Shown here one piece after another: positions 50,230-60,556 of a DNA stretch of 64,000 nt. The position numbers were made by a program, and so were the translations under genes. Numbering within the stretch: position 1 is the stretch's first letter; each line of letters starts with the position of its first letter. Under the pieces are notes generated by a model. It worked only from the letters and a program-made list of their open reading frames with translations, was not told the DNA's origin and did not search any database. The stretch is from Candidatus Nanohalarchaeota archaeon (GTDB lineage Archaea; Nanohalarchaeota; Nanosalinia; Nanosalinales; JAFCCC01), in the NCBI GenBank assembly GCA_017610385.1, contig JAFCCC010000001.1, forward strand, positions 64,001-128,000. Reading direction: 5' to 3'.

Positions 50230-51258
50230 ATGATTATCCAAAAATATCATTATTTTGGAGAATTTGGGGGATTAATTTTTGTGGTTTTGGGCGGATTAGA
50301 AAATTTTTTTAATCTTTATCCCTCTGTAAAATTAGAAATTTGCACGTATAGAAACTATGGAATATTATTAGAACATCTGTTTCCAAAAAATGTAAGAGCC
50401 ACCACAATAAAGTGGAATTTTAAAGATAATTTGAGAATAGGTTATGAATATGCAGATAGAGATTTTATAAATAATTTACATAAGAAAGGATATTTAAAAA
50501 ATGTTATTGTTCTTTTTAAACAATTTTCTAATGATAAAATGGCTGTAAAATGTTTTAATAATCTATGTTTTAACGTATTTGATAAAGATGATGCGATATA
50601 TTTCAGATTAAAAAAACCTATTACCTATGGGAAAAAGTCTTCTCGTCCAAAATACATAAGCATTTTCCCAAGATTTCGGAAATTGGATAGTAAAAGAAAT
50701 ATTAGTAAAAAAGATTGGGAATACATACTTAAAATTCTAAAATCTTATTATAAAAATTATAAAATTGTCGTTCATGGCTCAAATAACGAATTTTTAAAAT
50801 TGAATATTGATGATGCAATTTATCCTAAAAATATTTTAGAACAAATTTATTATTTGAATAATTCCCGCGTATGTGTTAGCCCTAATTCTGGGTTTGCACA
50901 TTTTGCAGTATATTGCAAATGTCCTCTACTTGTTATCGGTATGGGCTATTGGGAATACGAAGACATAAATCCTTTTAAAGTTCCTATAAAAATAACAGAC
51001 GTAAAACACGTACGAAACTCTAATGTTTTGAGAAATTTCCTTGATAAAGTTGAAAATACAAAAGATAATTCAGAAATCAGAAAATCTTTTTATGATTTTT
51101 TATGGATTCATTATAGACAATCAAAGCGTATTGTAGGTACTTTTCTAAAGTATTATATCCCAAAAGCTTATTATTTGCTTCGGGGTCCAGATAGTTTTGA
51201 TTCATATTCTGCAAAGTTAAAGAAGCAGATTTTTGACGGAATTCAAGGACGAGAGTAA
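50230..51258 (+). CDS. Putative GT-B/GT9-like transferase, paralogue 1
   Basis: YFGEFG, ISIFPRFR..RN, SPNSGFAHFA resembling the GT9 DSG..H.A motif. Confidence 0.5.
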   Translation: MIIQKYHYFGEFGGLIFVVLGGLENFFNLYPSVKLEICTYRNYGILLEHLFPKNVRATTIKWNFKDNLRIGYEYADRDFINNLHKKGYLKNVIVLFKQFSNDKMAVKCFNNLCFNVFDKDDAIYFRLKKPITYGKKSSRPKYISIFPRFRKLDSKRNISKKDWEYILKILKSYYKNYKIVVHGSNNEFLKLNIDDAIYPKNILEQIYYLNNSRVCVSPNSGFAHFAVYCKCPLLVIGMGYWEYEDINPFKVPIKITDVKHVRNSNVLRNFLDKVENTKDNSEIRKSFYDFLWIHYRQSKRIVGTFLKYYIPKAYYLLRGPDSFDSYSAKLKKQIFDGIQGRE

Positions 51259-51313
51259 TTGAAACCAGCAATACATAAAACTAAAAAATAAAAGTTTAAA
51301 AAAAGTTAATAAT

Positions 51314-52888
51314 ATGATGAGAACATTAATAATTCCGGCAGCAGGCCATAATCTTCGTATGAAAGAATATTACTTTCCAAAATGCTTATTGCCAGTACAT
51401 CAAAGACCGATTTTATTTCGAATTATCCATTCTTGGAAAAAGTTTATTGATCAAGTAATTATTGTGGTTAATAAACAAAATCACGAAATGATCAAAGAAT
51501 ATATGGATAAGTATTTTACCCTAACAAATATTTCGGTTGAGTATTGCGTTCAAACTAGAAATGGGGGGACGTACTTTGCAGTTAAGCTCGCGTTAGAAAA
51601 AGCGAAAAATGATCAAGTAATCTTGAATTGGTCTGATGTATGCCTAACGAAACCTTCTAAATTAAATGCGTTTATGGATATTGAAGAGAAAAACTTGATT
51701 TTTACTACAGATAAAGTAAGATGCCGTTGGAAGTTTGATGACCAAAAATTTATTCAGGATGAAAGTTATATTAGTTTAGATGATGGCATATTCGGCGTTT
51801 TTGTAATGAATAAAGTAAATGGAACTTTCTTAAAAAACATATCTGAAAAAGACAAAGAAGTTGAAATTTTGGAGGCTATGGACTCCAGTTCCTGCCTCAA
51901 AATAGACTTTGAAGATTTTGAGGACATAGGCGATCCAAAGAAGTACGGGTTGAATGTGCGTGGAGCCCAACAGAACGTTAGGGCTTTTGGATCACATAGC
52001 AAAATATACCAAAATAAGTCCTTTGTTATCAAAAAAAATAGTGATCCAAAACTTCAAGTTAATGAAATTAACTGGTATAAAAATAGTAATTTTTCATTTA
52101 CGCCGAAAGTATACAGCTATGAGCCATTAATTTTACAAAAACTCCCTGCGGCCCCCATCGCAGAAAAACTCACCGAAGCAAATGAAGTTTTTGAAACAGA
52201 GGTAATATCCAATTTATTTGATATAGTTCAAGAAATTCATAACTTCAAAGAGCCTGTAGACGCCAAAAATGATGATTCGTATGAACAATACATTGGAAAA
52301 ACGATTAAAAGATTGGAAAAAATTAATTTTCTGTTTAAAGAATTTAATCAAAGTTCCTTCAAGATTAACGGTATTTTATGCAAGAATCCTCTGACACTAC
52401 TAAAGGAAAAGGAGGAAGATATTAAATCTCAATTTACTAGAGAATTTAGATTCATTCATGGAGATCTCCAAACATCAAATGTATTAATAGACAATAATAA
52501 GTCACTTTATGTGATAGATCCGAGAGGTTATTTCGGAAATAACCGACTTTACGGTGATCCTGCATACGACTTTGCTAAAATGTATTATGGGTTCTGTGGG
52601 GGGTATCATACATTTAGTAAAGGAAATAATCAATTCATTATACAGAATGGTGGGTTCGAAATTTTGCCGTTAATTCCAAAAACCATTGTAGAAAGAAGAC
52701 GAAAAACATATATGAAGCTGCTTAAGAACATAAATTATAATAATATAACAGAAAGGAAGATTGATTTATTACACGCCATAATTTGGATTTCTGTAGCAGA
52801 ATATACTTCAAATGACGTTCTTAGTGCCATGTATGCTTATTTAAAAGGAACTTTACTATTAAATCAATATTTCGGAGGTTTGAAATGA
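51314..52888 (+). CDS. Nucleotidyltransferase plus APH/choline-kinase-like phosphotransferase fusion
   Basis: IIPAAGHNLRM..PKCLLPV at N-terminus; IHGDLQTSN and IDPRGYFG..GDPAYDFAK at C-terminus. Confidence 0.8.
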   Translation: MMRTLIIPAAGHNLRMKEYYFPKCLLPVHQRPILFRIIHSWKKFIDQVIIVVNKQNHEMIKEYMDKYFTLTNISVEYCVQTRNGGTYFAVKLALEKAKNDQVILNWSDVCLTKPSKLNAFMDIEEKNLIFTTDKVRCRWKFDDQKFIQDESYISLDDGIFGVFVMNKVNGTFLKNISEKDKEVEILEAMDSSSCLKIDFEDFEDIGDPKKYGLNVRGAQQNVRAFGSHSKIYQNKSFVIKKNSDPKLQVNEINWYKNSNFSFTPKVYSYEPLILQKLPAAPIAEKLTEANEVFETEVISNLFDIVQEIHNFKEPVDAKNDDSYEQYIGKTIKRLEKINFLFKEFNQSSFKINGILCKNPLTLLKEKEEDIKSQFTREFRFIHGDLQTSNVLIDNNKSLYVIDPRGYFGNNRLYGDPAYDFAKMYYGFCGGYHTFSKGNNQFIIQNGGFEILPLIPKTIVERRRKTYMKLLKNINYNNITERKIDLLHAIIWISVAEYTSNDVLSAMYAYLKGTLLLNQYFGGLK

Positions 52889-53973
52889 ATCAAGAATTTG
52901 ACTGGTTAATATCTGACGTAGATGGTATTCTAACAGATGGCGGTCATTATTATACTGCAGAGGGAAAGCTTATGAAAAAATTTGGAAGTAATGATAAAGA
53001 TGCCCTAAAGAAACTAAATGAATTATATGTTAAAGAAATTGTTTTTATTACTGCAGACAAATTAGGTTACTCCATTTCCTGCAAGAGAATTAAGCGAGAT
53101 TGGGGTCTTAATTTGAAGTTGATACCGATAGATAAAAGAAATGATTTTTTTAAGCAATTAAAAGGCAAAAAAATCTATATCGGGGATGGAATTCATGATG
53201 CGGAAGATTTCGAAGGAATAGATTTGTCTTTTGCTTTAAATAATTCTACACCGCAAGCAAAGAAAAACGCTTCAGTGGTTTTAGACACATCTAGCGGAAA
53301 TAACGTATTTCCATACCTTTTAGAATTCTTGGGTCGCCGAAAGTTAAAAATTGAAAAACCTACTGAGTCTGAAGAAACCTTAGACGCTTCTGAATTATAT
53401 AGGATGTTAAAACAAATCAATTTGATTCCAGAAAAACGACAAGAAATTAATAGATTTTGTAATTCTATTAAAAATAGTTATACCGAAAAAAACAAAATTG
53501 TTTTGTGTGGTGTCGGGAAAAACGCGCTTCTAGCGAATTTAATTTGTGAATTTTTATATCCATATAACATTACGTCAGTAGTTTTAGATCCGCATAGGGC
53601 GTTGCATGGAAATTTAGGTCTTCTAGAAAAAGACGACATATTAATTATGACTTCTAAAAGTGGTAATACTGCAGAATTAGTTCACTTGATGAAATGTCTT
53701 CAAAATAAGGGAGATATCGAAAATAAATTTTTACTTACATGTAATAAAGACTGTGAACTGGCGAAATACGATATAAAATGTATCCTTTCTGTCCCTGTAT
53801 CTGATGAAGTTTCGCGATTTAATCATTCTCCTCAGACAACTTTCGTGGTTTTTGCAATTATTTTATTTTTGGTGGTAAATGCTTTAGCAAATACAAAAGA
53901 AATGACTCAGATAGATTATTTGTTGAATCACCAAGCAGGAGAAATCGGAAAGGTTTTACGCAATGAAAGATAA
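52885..53973 (+). CDS. KdsC-like HAD phosphatase plus KdsD-like SIS isomerase fusion
   Basis: DVDGILTDG, YIGDGIHD; CGVGKN, ALHGNLG, SKSGNTAEL, HQAGEIG. Confidence 0.82.
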   Translation: MNQEFDWLISDVDGILTDGGHYYTAEGKLMKKFGSNDKDALKKLNELYVKEIVFITADKLGYSISCKRIKRDWGLNLKLIPIDKRNDFFKQLKGKKIYIGDGIHDAEDFEGIDLSFALNNSTPQAKKNASVVLDTSSGNNVFPYLLEFLGRRKLKIEKPTESEETLDASELYRMLKQINLIPEKRQEINRFCNSIKNSYTEKNKIVLCGVGKNALLANLICEFLYPYNITSVVLDPHRALHGNLGLLEKDDILIMTSKSGNTAELVHLMKCLQNKGDIENKFLLTCNKDCELAKYDIKCILSVPVSDEVSRFNHSPQTTFVVFAIILFLVVNALANTKEMTQIDYLLNHQAGEIGKVLRNER

Positions 53974-54886
53974 ATACTGCTATTTTGGAGAATTTGGATA
54001 TTTGCATATGGAGCTTTTAGGCAGTTTAGAGAAATACTTTACACAAAACCCTAAAAAGAAACTTGAATTATGCACTTATTTACAGTATGGCCAATTATTA
54101 TCGTATTTATTTCCCGAGAATTTGATTATTTCAACCATTTCTTGGGACTTTAACGAGCGATTTAGATGTGGACACCAATATACTGAACAACACTTCCAAG
54201 AGCAATTACAAAGGGGGGGTTATACTAAAAACCTCATTAATTTTTTACGAGAAAATGTGAATTGTGATGAGCGTGCTAAAGGCTGTTTTGCAAATAGGTT
54301 TTTGAGTTCTGTATTAAATGTTAGAATCCATTTTATTTCTAAAGCATTAACGTATGGAAAAGCAAAGAAAAAACAATATCTCAGCATTTTTCCGAGACTC
54401 CGAAATTTAGATGCTTATCGAAATCTGGATCAAAAAACTTGGAAAACAATAATTGATTATCTTTTAGAAACATATCCTTACAAAATCGTAGTTCATGGAG
54501 CTGAATCAGAATTTATGAAATTTGACAATCCTCGCTTAGTATACCCAAAATCGCCGTTAGAACAAATTAAATATTTTAATGAATCTTTTGTTTGTATTAC
54601 AACAACATCGGGTATAGCACAGTTTGCGGCGAATTGTGCGTGCGATGTACTAATTCTAGATAAATTCTATGGATTAGTTCAAGATTTTAATCCTTTTAAT
54701 AGAATAATCACGATGTGTAATCCAAAACAGTTGTTAGAAACAACACTATTAGAAAAAGTAATTCATCTGAGTACTGTGGAAGAAAGTGGAACGCAATTCC
54801 GAGAATCTCTCAAAAATAGGTTCTGGTACAATCAAATGAGATACAAAGTTCTTGTAGGTAATAAACTACAGAAACTTATGAAGTAA
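53963..54886 (+). CDS. Putative GT-B/GT9-like transferase, paralogue 2
   Basis: YFGEFG, LELCTY, LSIFPRLR..RN, TTSGIAQFA; clearly similar to 50230-51258. Confidence 0.5.
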   Translation: MKDKYCYFGEFGYLHMELLGSLEKYFTQNPKKKLELCTYLQYGQLLSYLFPENLIISTISWDFNERFRCGHQYTEQHFQEQLQRGGYTKNLINFLRENVNCDERAKGCFANRFLSSVLNVRIHFISKALTYGKAKKKQYLSIFPRLRNLDAYRNLDQKTWKTIIDYLLETYPYKIVVHGAESEFMKFDNPRLVYPKSPLEQIKYFNESFVCITTTSGIAQFAANCACDVLILDKFYGLVQDFNPFNRIITMCNPKQLLETTLLEKVIHLSTVEESGTQFRESLKNRFWYNQMRYKVLVGNKLQKLMK

Positions 54887-54925
54887 GACGGAAAAGGTTT
54901 ATTTTTTGGGAAAATGTGCACAGAA

Positions 54926-55897
54926 TTAAAGCAACAAAAGAGGACCAATAATACATAATACCACTTCTAGCGTGATAATACAAAACACAACTTTCTTTTC
55001 AGTTGCTTTTTTGCCCATAAACACGTGAGTTAAAGAGTAAATTTTTGGGTATGGTCTGTGCAAAGTTCCGTCTTTTTGTGGAATTCCAAAGGATTCTGCC
55101 TTTAATTTGCTTCTAAGTTTTAGTGCTCCCTCTATGAAGTACGGAATAAACAACAATAAAGCCAATTTCTCCATGTTTCCTAAAATAGCCACAATGGCGA
55201 TAAGAGCACCTATTGGATATGTTAAAGAGTCTCCTGGGAAAACTTTGCTCGGGTATTTATTAAATGTTAAAAATCCCAATAAACAGGCGACCATTGAGAA
55301 AGCGATTGCAGATAAACCAATTTGCCCTTGGGAATATGCAATGGAACCCATGGTAGATAAAATAACCGTTCCCATCAATGCTTCTAAGCCATTTAACCCT
55401 GCAAGTATATTAAAGGCATTGGACGCACCAATAATCGCAATTGGGATAATAACCAGAGCATATAACCAACTTAAATCTACAGAACCAATAAATGGAAGAT
55501 TCATAATTGAATTACCCGCATTAATTACAATCAACGGAATAGCAATTGGGATAGTTAATAAAGGCTTTTGCCACTGTTTCAATCCTTTTTTCCAACCCAA
55601 AATATCATCTACAAATCCAATAAATCCAGCAAGCAATACAGAAACCAATACTGCGAAAACTACAACCAAATTAGCGTCTGTATGAAAAATAAATGTCTTA
55701 ATAAACACGTAACCAAGCAACGCAATAGCAAAAGACACTAAAACAGCTATGCCACCTGATTCTGCAACCAACGGTTTATCTAACTTATTCATATCTTTTC
55801 CAGTTAGGTTAGAACGTCTAGCGACCTTAATCCAAGATTTAGTAAAAAATAAACTTACAAAGAATAAAACAACATAAAGTATAATTTGCCCCCACAT
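54926..55897 (-). CDS. aglH: UDP-GlcNAc:dolichyl-phosphate GlcNAc-1-phosphotransferase (AglH/MraY-like)
   Basis: GKDMNK..VAESGG, GFVDD, NAFNILAGLNGLE, NKYPSKVFPGDS. Confidence 0.88.
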   Translation of the reverse strand: MWGQIILYVVLFFVSLFFTKSWIKVARRSNLTGKDMNKLDKPLVAESGGIAVLVSFAIALLGYVFIKTFIFHTDANLVVVFAVLVSVLLAGFIGFVDDILGWKKGLKQWQKPLLTIPIAIPLIVINAGNSIMNLPFIGSVDLSWLYALVIIPIAIIGASNAFNILAGLNGLEALMGTVILSTMGSIAYSQGQIGLSAIAFSMVACLLGFLTFNKYPSKVFPGDSLTYPIGALIAIVAILGNMEKLALLLFIPYFIEGALKLRSKLKAESFGIPQKDGTLHRPYPKIYSLTHVFMGKKATEKKVVFCIITLEVVLCIIGPLLLL

Positions 55898-55948
55898 TTT
55901 AACACCCTCTGGTACAATACTTCATAACAGCACAACACTCAAGATCCT

Positions 55949-56620
55949 TCATTTCTCTAAAATGTAAATTCCTCCAAAATTTTTGATTATCTTAAAATTT
56001 GTACGTGAAAGTAGATCTTGAAGTTCTATATGAGAATATCTTGAAACAGTAACCAAAAAACCACATCCGCCAAAAGTACGATAAATTTTAGAAGTCAACA
56101 ACCACAATGCGGAATGTAATCTATGCTTCATGGAAGGCGCTTTTAGTGCAAACTGCACCGCACAACGTCCGTTTTGAGCAAGATTCTGATAAAATTTTTC
56201 CAAAGTTCGTAAAGACAAATAGGCTGGCAAATGATAAAAAGTCTCAAGACAAATAATTGCATCTACTGGTTGTTCTAACTTCAATTCGGACAAATCTTGC
56301 AAAATAAGACGATAATTTTTAAAATTATGATTTTTTAATACCGTGTCTGCTTTTTTTAAGGCGGTAGGAGACACATCAACACCCAAAACTCTGTAATTTA
56401 AACCAAGAAGCTGAGTTGCAATTCGCGCCAAGGGACCGATTCCAGCATCAAGAATTGCGCCATCTTGTTTGATTTTGGGTAAAATTTCCTTTTTTATGAT
56501 TTCTATATCTGAATCCGTATGCATCTGAATAACCTTGGCGCTCGCAGTCTTTCCTAAAACTACGTGTTCTGATCGTTGTTTTTTTGACTTTTCTTCCCAC
56601 ACTGTAGAATACCATTTCAC
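55949..56620 (-). CDS. Class I SAM-dependent methyltransferase
   Basis: ILDAGIGPL, GVDVS, DAIICLETFYHLP. Confidence 0.82.
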   Translation of the reverse strand: MKWYSTVWEEKSKKQRSEHVVLGKTASAKVIQMHTDSDIEIIKKEILPKIKQDGAILDAGIGPLARIATQLLGLNYRVLGVDVSPTALKKADTVLKNHNFKNYRLILQDLSELKLEQPVDAIICLETFYHLPAYLSLRTLEKFYQNLAQNGRCAVQFALKAPSMKHRLHSALWLLTSKIYRTFGGCGFLVTVSRYSHIELQDLLSRTNFKIIKNFGGIYILEK

Positions 56621-59202
56621 CCCGAATCCACCTCGTAAGTTAGAATCTTCCAGATTTTTACAAATCCGTTATCAAAAACTTTTTCAAATTCTGGCATTTC
56701 GTTTCCGTCTCTTAAATACAATTTGACTAAATTTGCATTAACAGATTCTTTAGGAACATAAACCAAACCAGACATTCCATAGTATGGATCAAAATGAGGA
56801 CAGCCGGGAATTGTTGGCGAGTCCTCAGGAACTGCGAACTTTTTTATCCCATTTTTCGAACAAAAAGTACTAAAATGTGCTGTGTTTCCTGCATAATCTC
56901 TGAAAATTGGTGCAGCAGTAACAGTTAAAGATGTATTTGAAATCAAAACAGGGATAAAAATCTTTGGAGAATTTGTTACACAGTTTGCACCCGATTTAAC
57001 ACAATAAGTTAGGTACGTTTTTCCTTCTGATTGTGCTTGTTTTTCAAACTGAAAATTTTGTAAAACAGTATACTTAGAATTATTTCTATTGTGAATTTGA
57101 GTAACCGCAGAATATTTTCCAATCATAGTATAATCTAATACAATATAATTAACTCCAAAATCCTTAAGCCACCCCAACCACGAATCATATTCCTGGTCAC
57201 TAAAAAAATCAGCTAGTCTTTCATGAATTAAGTCTCCATTATCAAAAGTGTATGTGTTTCCACCCCCATCTGCGAATGCAGGTCTAGAGCCTATAACTTC
57301 AAACCAGTATCCATAATCCCACCAAGATAAAACAGTAGAATTTGCGGGCGTTTCAAGTCTTAAGTAATCTAAACTTTCCATCCATGCTTTGTTAGGAGAA
57401 CCACCAATTCCCTTCGCCATAGAGTCTGCATTAACTATATTGATTCTAATGGTTGGGATTAATATTAATGTCAAAATAATTAAAAAAACCCCAATTTTTG
57501 CATAATTTGCTTTAATTGATTTAATTTGTTTAGAGATAAACTCTCCGAGTTGAGTTATCAGTAGTGAATTTTTAATCTCAGTAATTAACATAACAAAGCC
57601 GTATCCTGCAAAGAATGCAACCGGCTGAGCAGTCAAGAAAATAATTCTTGCTTTTTGGGCTGACCCGTATAAAGCAGACAATAACCACAACAAAAGCAAG
57701 ATATAATACCACTTAAACTCAATTTTACGAGTAATTTTTTCTGAATTAAACAAGGAAAGCAAAATAATGCTCGTAATCATTATTATAAGATATGGAGTAA
57801 AAATTAAGCTGAAGTTCTGAACTGTGATATTTTTCATGAGCATAAATAACATTAAAATCAATGCAAACATGGAAGCGAAGCTTATTCCATAAACCGTCCT
57901 CGCAGAAACTTCATCTTTCTTTTTAAATTTGCGATAAAACATTAATAAAATCAATGTTCCCATCACTGTTAAGCCAACTAAAGCAAAAGTCCAAGGACTA
58001 AAATATTCTGAAAATTTAGATAAAAATGAAGATAAATGTGCTTTTGCTCCAAAAGCGCCTAACTGACTTACAGTTTGCATCGCAGATGCAGGATTATTCT
58101 CCGCAACCGTGTTTCCAACAACTCCTGACGTTGAACGACTTTGTGACGCCAGACGAATTAATCCAGTAGTATATTTAGACATGTTTTGAGAAAATAATGG
58201 CATTAAAAGAAGTATGAAAAGACCAATTACACATAAAACAGGAATGAGATAGGGTAATTTTTTCTTGGAAACCCCTTTGTATTTGCCCGCGAGGTATCTT
58301 ATCCAAATTAAACCTAAAATGCCCATAGAAGCTAAAAATAAGGAACTAGGAATTCTAAATGACCCACTACTCAAAGCAAATGCCAAGAAATTCCCTATTA
58401 ATAATGTTGGAGTAAAGGCGCAAACCAGTGCTTCTGTGTCTTCATTAAACAATAAAACAATGAATGCTGTAAGCGGATACAATAAAAATAAGTGTTGTGT
58501 TCCCCCCCAGGAAGTCATTGAAATCGCTAAAAAGATTCCAGAAAGAATTCCTGCGCCCCAGGATTTTCTCTTCCATGCACGAACAATAAAATAAATTGAT
58601 AAAAGCATTAAAACGCCTGCAATAGCTTCTTTTTCAAACCAGCCAGCAGAAGATCTGTGTAAAACCGCCGCAGAGGTGGCTAAGAAAAAAGAAGAAGAAA
58701 GACCGACCCATTTATTAGAAACTTCTTTGCCAATAAAATACATTACAACAACCATTAAAGCCCCCATTAATGCTGGATAAATTTGGGTCCAGCTTAAAAA
58801 ATCAATATTTGTCAACCAATTGAAAAATTTAAACAAATACGCAGGAATTGCACTTTCTCCTGCGAAAAAACCAAAGGAAGTTGGAGCAGAATATGGAAAA
58901 GACCTTAAAAAATCTACAACTGGAACTGCGCCATATTTAACAATACTATAACTCATTTTAGAAATCTGATAAGGGTCCAAAGCCTGAAGATATTGTATAG
59001 ATTTTAAAGGAATCAGTCGAATCTTCATTGCAAGGTAAAAGATTAATAATAATAATGCTGGCGGGAGCGCTTTCCAAAACGTGTTCTTTACCCAACGCCA
59101 TTTCACCTTTTGAATAAAGTTCATAAGCATAATTTCAAATTGGAAGTTAAGTTTAAATGCTTTCATTAAGTTGTTAATAAAAAGATGACAAAAACGAATC
59201 AA
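56617..59202 (-). CDS. aglB: Oligosaccharyltransferase AglB (STT3); start probably near 59124
   Basis: ALDPY, multi-TM N-terminus, TVAEN, SWWDYGYW, DYTMIGK. Confidence 0.93.
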   Translation of the reverse strand: MIRFCHLFINNLMKAFKLNFQFEIMLMNFIQKVKWRWVKNTFWKALPPALLLLIFYLAMKIRLIPLKSIQYLQALDPYQISKMSYSIVKYGAVPVVDFLRSFPYSAPTSFGFFAGESAIPAYLFKFFNWLTNIDFLSWTQIYPALMGALMVVVMYFIGKEVSNKWVGLSSSFFLATSAAVLHRSSAGWFEKEAIAGVLMLLSIYFIVRAWKRKSWGAGILSGIFLAISMTSWGGTQHLFLLYPLTAFIVLLFNEDTEALVCAFTPTLLIGNFLAFALSSGSFRIPSSLFLASMGILGLIWIRYLAGKYKGVSKKKLPYLIPVLCVIGLFILLLMPLFSQNMSKYTTGLIRLASQSRSTSGVVGNTVAENNPASAMQTVSQLGAFGAKAHLSSFLSKFSEYFSPWTFALVGLTVMGTLILLMFYRKFKKKDEVSARTVYGISFASMFALILMLFMLMKNITVQNFSLIFTPYLIIMITSIILLSLFNSEKITRKIEFKWYYILLLLWLLSALYGSAQKARIIFLTAQPVAFFAGYGFVMLITEIKNSLLITQLGEFISKQIKSIKANYAKIGVFLIILTLILIPTIRINIVNADSMAKGIGGSPNKAWMESLDYLRLETPANSTVLSWWDYGYWFEVIGSRPAFADGGGNTYTFDNGDLIHERLADFFSDQEYDSWLGWLKDFGVNYIVLDYTMIGKYSAVTQIHNRNNSKYTVLQNFQFEKQAQSEGKTYLTYCVKSGANCVTNSPKIFIPVLISNTSLTVTAAPIFRDYAGNTAHFSTFCSKNGIKKFAVPEDSPTIPGCPHFDPYYGMSGLVYVPKESVNANLVKLYLRDGNEMPEFEKVFDNGFVKIWKILTYEVDSG

Positions 59203-59655
59203 ATTACTAAAAAGAAAAATGAACTTTTAACTTTCTTAAACAAGTTCGATAAAAATTATTTATATTTAGGATTAACAATTGCCATTATTCTTTTAATTAT
59301 GATAATTCATACTGCAAAAATTGAAAACAATTCGTTCTCTTTTGGTTTTTGTAATTATAGCATAAGTTGTTCTGGAATTTCATTAGGTAATGTATGTTTA
59401 GGAGGCAAAGTGAAAAGTGTTTCTTGTATAAATCCTGAAAATTATACAGAAGAATATAGAATGGTAGAAATGAATTGCGCGTTAGAAGCAAATGCTATCT
59501 GTAAATCTCCAGAGGTTGAAGATTTTGAATGGATTAATTCTTCAGAATATAACGGGAAAAATTGTCAAGAGTGGAAAGCAATTTATCCAAAGATAACTTT
59601 AATAAGTTGTAATCAAACCTTTGCAGATATAACTCAGTATTCCTTATTGCGGTGA
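59185..59655 (+). CDS. Hypothetical single-TM Cys-rich protein
   Basis: One TM helix then a Cys-rich domain; precedes secF. Confidence 0.65.
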   Translation: MTKTNQITKKKNELLTFLNKFDKNYLYLGLTIAIILLIMIIHTAKIENNSFSFGFCNYSISCSGISLGNVCLGGKVKSVSCINPENYTEEYRMVEMNCALEANAICKSPEVEDFEWINSSEYNGKNCQEWKAIYPKITLISCNQTFADITQYSLLR

Positions 59656-59665
59656 GATGTAAATT

Positions 59666-60556
59666 ATGATCAAAATTAATATTGAATCAAAGTTTAGAAA
59701 AACATTTAGTTCGATCTGGAAGAATTACGAAAAGTTTTTAGTAATTCCAATCTTGTTGGTTGTATTATCTGTAGCAATCATTGGAATTAATTATCAAAAA
59801 AATGGTTGGTTTTTAAAGAAAGGTATTGATTTTTCTGGTGGAACCGAAGTTATATTGTCTGTTCAAGGAGATCTAAATTTTGTTGGAGGTGTTTTTGAAA
59901 AAATAACTGGTTCAGAAGTAGTTATAAGAACTCTTGGTTCTGGAGAAGAACGGTGGGTTTCATTTACTACCGCAAAACATCTAGAAAAAGAGTCTTTGGA
60001 AGCGAAATTAACAGAAGAGGGTGTTACTTATTCCGGATTAAGTCTCAGAAATTTGGGTTCATCGGTTTCCTCAGCTTTCTTTAAACAGGCATTAATTGCA
60101 CTAATTGTTGCTTTTATTTTAATGAGTCTGGTTGTTTTTATTGCATTCCGAACAGCAATTCCTTCTGCAGCTGCTATTTTATCTGTTGTAGTAGATATAA
60201 CAATTGCTATTGGCTTAATGTCTTTGTTTAATATAGAATTAACACTGGGTTCTTTAGCCGCGTTATTAATGTTAATTGGTTATTCTGTTGATACTGACAT
60301 TTTACTCTCAACGAGAATAATTAAAGATCGTACTGGAAATTTAGAAGAAATAACATTTGGTGCAATGAAAACTGGACTAACTATGTCTGTAACATCAATC
60401 TCTGCCTTCTTGGTCTTATTATTTGTTTCTTCGTCCGCGACATTAGATTCAATTGCCATTGTAATTATATTTGGGTTGCTAGCAGATATTCCCTCAACTT
60501 GGTTCCAGAACGCAGTGATTTTAAAAAGATACGCAGAAAAGAGGTTTAAAAAATGA
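59666..60556 (+). CDS. secF: Protein translocase subunit SecF
   Basis: GIDFSGGT, LMLIGYSVDTDILL. Confidence 0.93.
   Translation: MIKINIESKFRKTFSSIWKNYEKFLVIPILLVVLSVAIIGINYQKNGWFLKKGIDFSGGTEVILSVQGDLNFVGGVFEKITGSEVVIRTLGSGEERWVSFTTAKHLEKESLEAKLTEEGVTYSGLSLRNLGSSVSSAFFKQALIALIVAFILMSLVVFIAFRTAIPSAAAILSVVVDITIAIGLMSLFNIELTLGSLAALLMLIGYSVDTDILLSTRIIKDRTGNLEEITFGAMKTGLTMSVTSISAFLVLLFVSSSATLDSIAIVIIFGLLADIPSTWFQNAVILKRYAEKRFKK

Noticed and set aside
52885-53973. Kdo/LPS biosynthesis
   Set aside because: Only KdsC- and KdsD-like domains are present; no KdsA, KdsB or lipid A genes in the window
55107-55685. Long antisense ORFs (also 8637-9038, 5286-5717, 16987-17358, 61215-61673 and similar)
   Set aside because: Shadow frames opposite well-supported genes, with no motifs of their own
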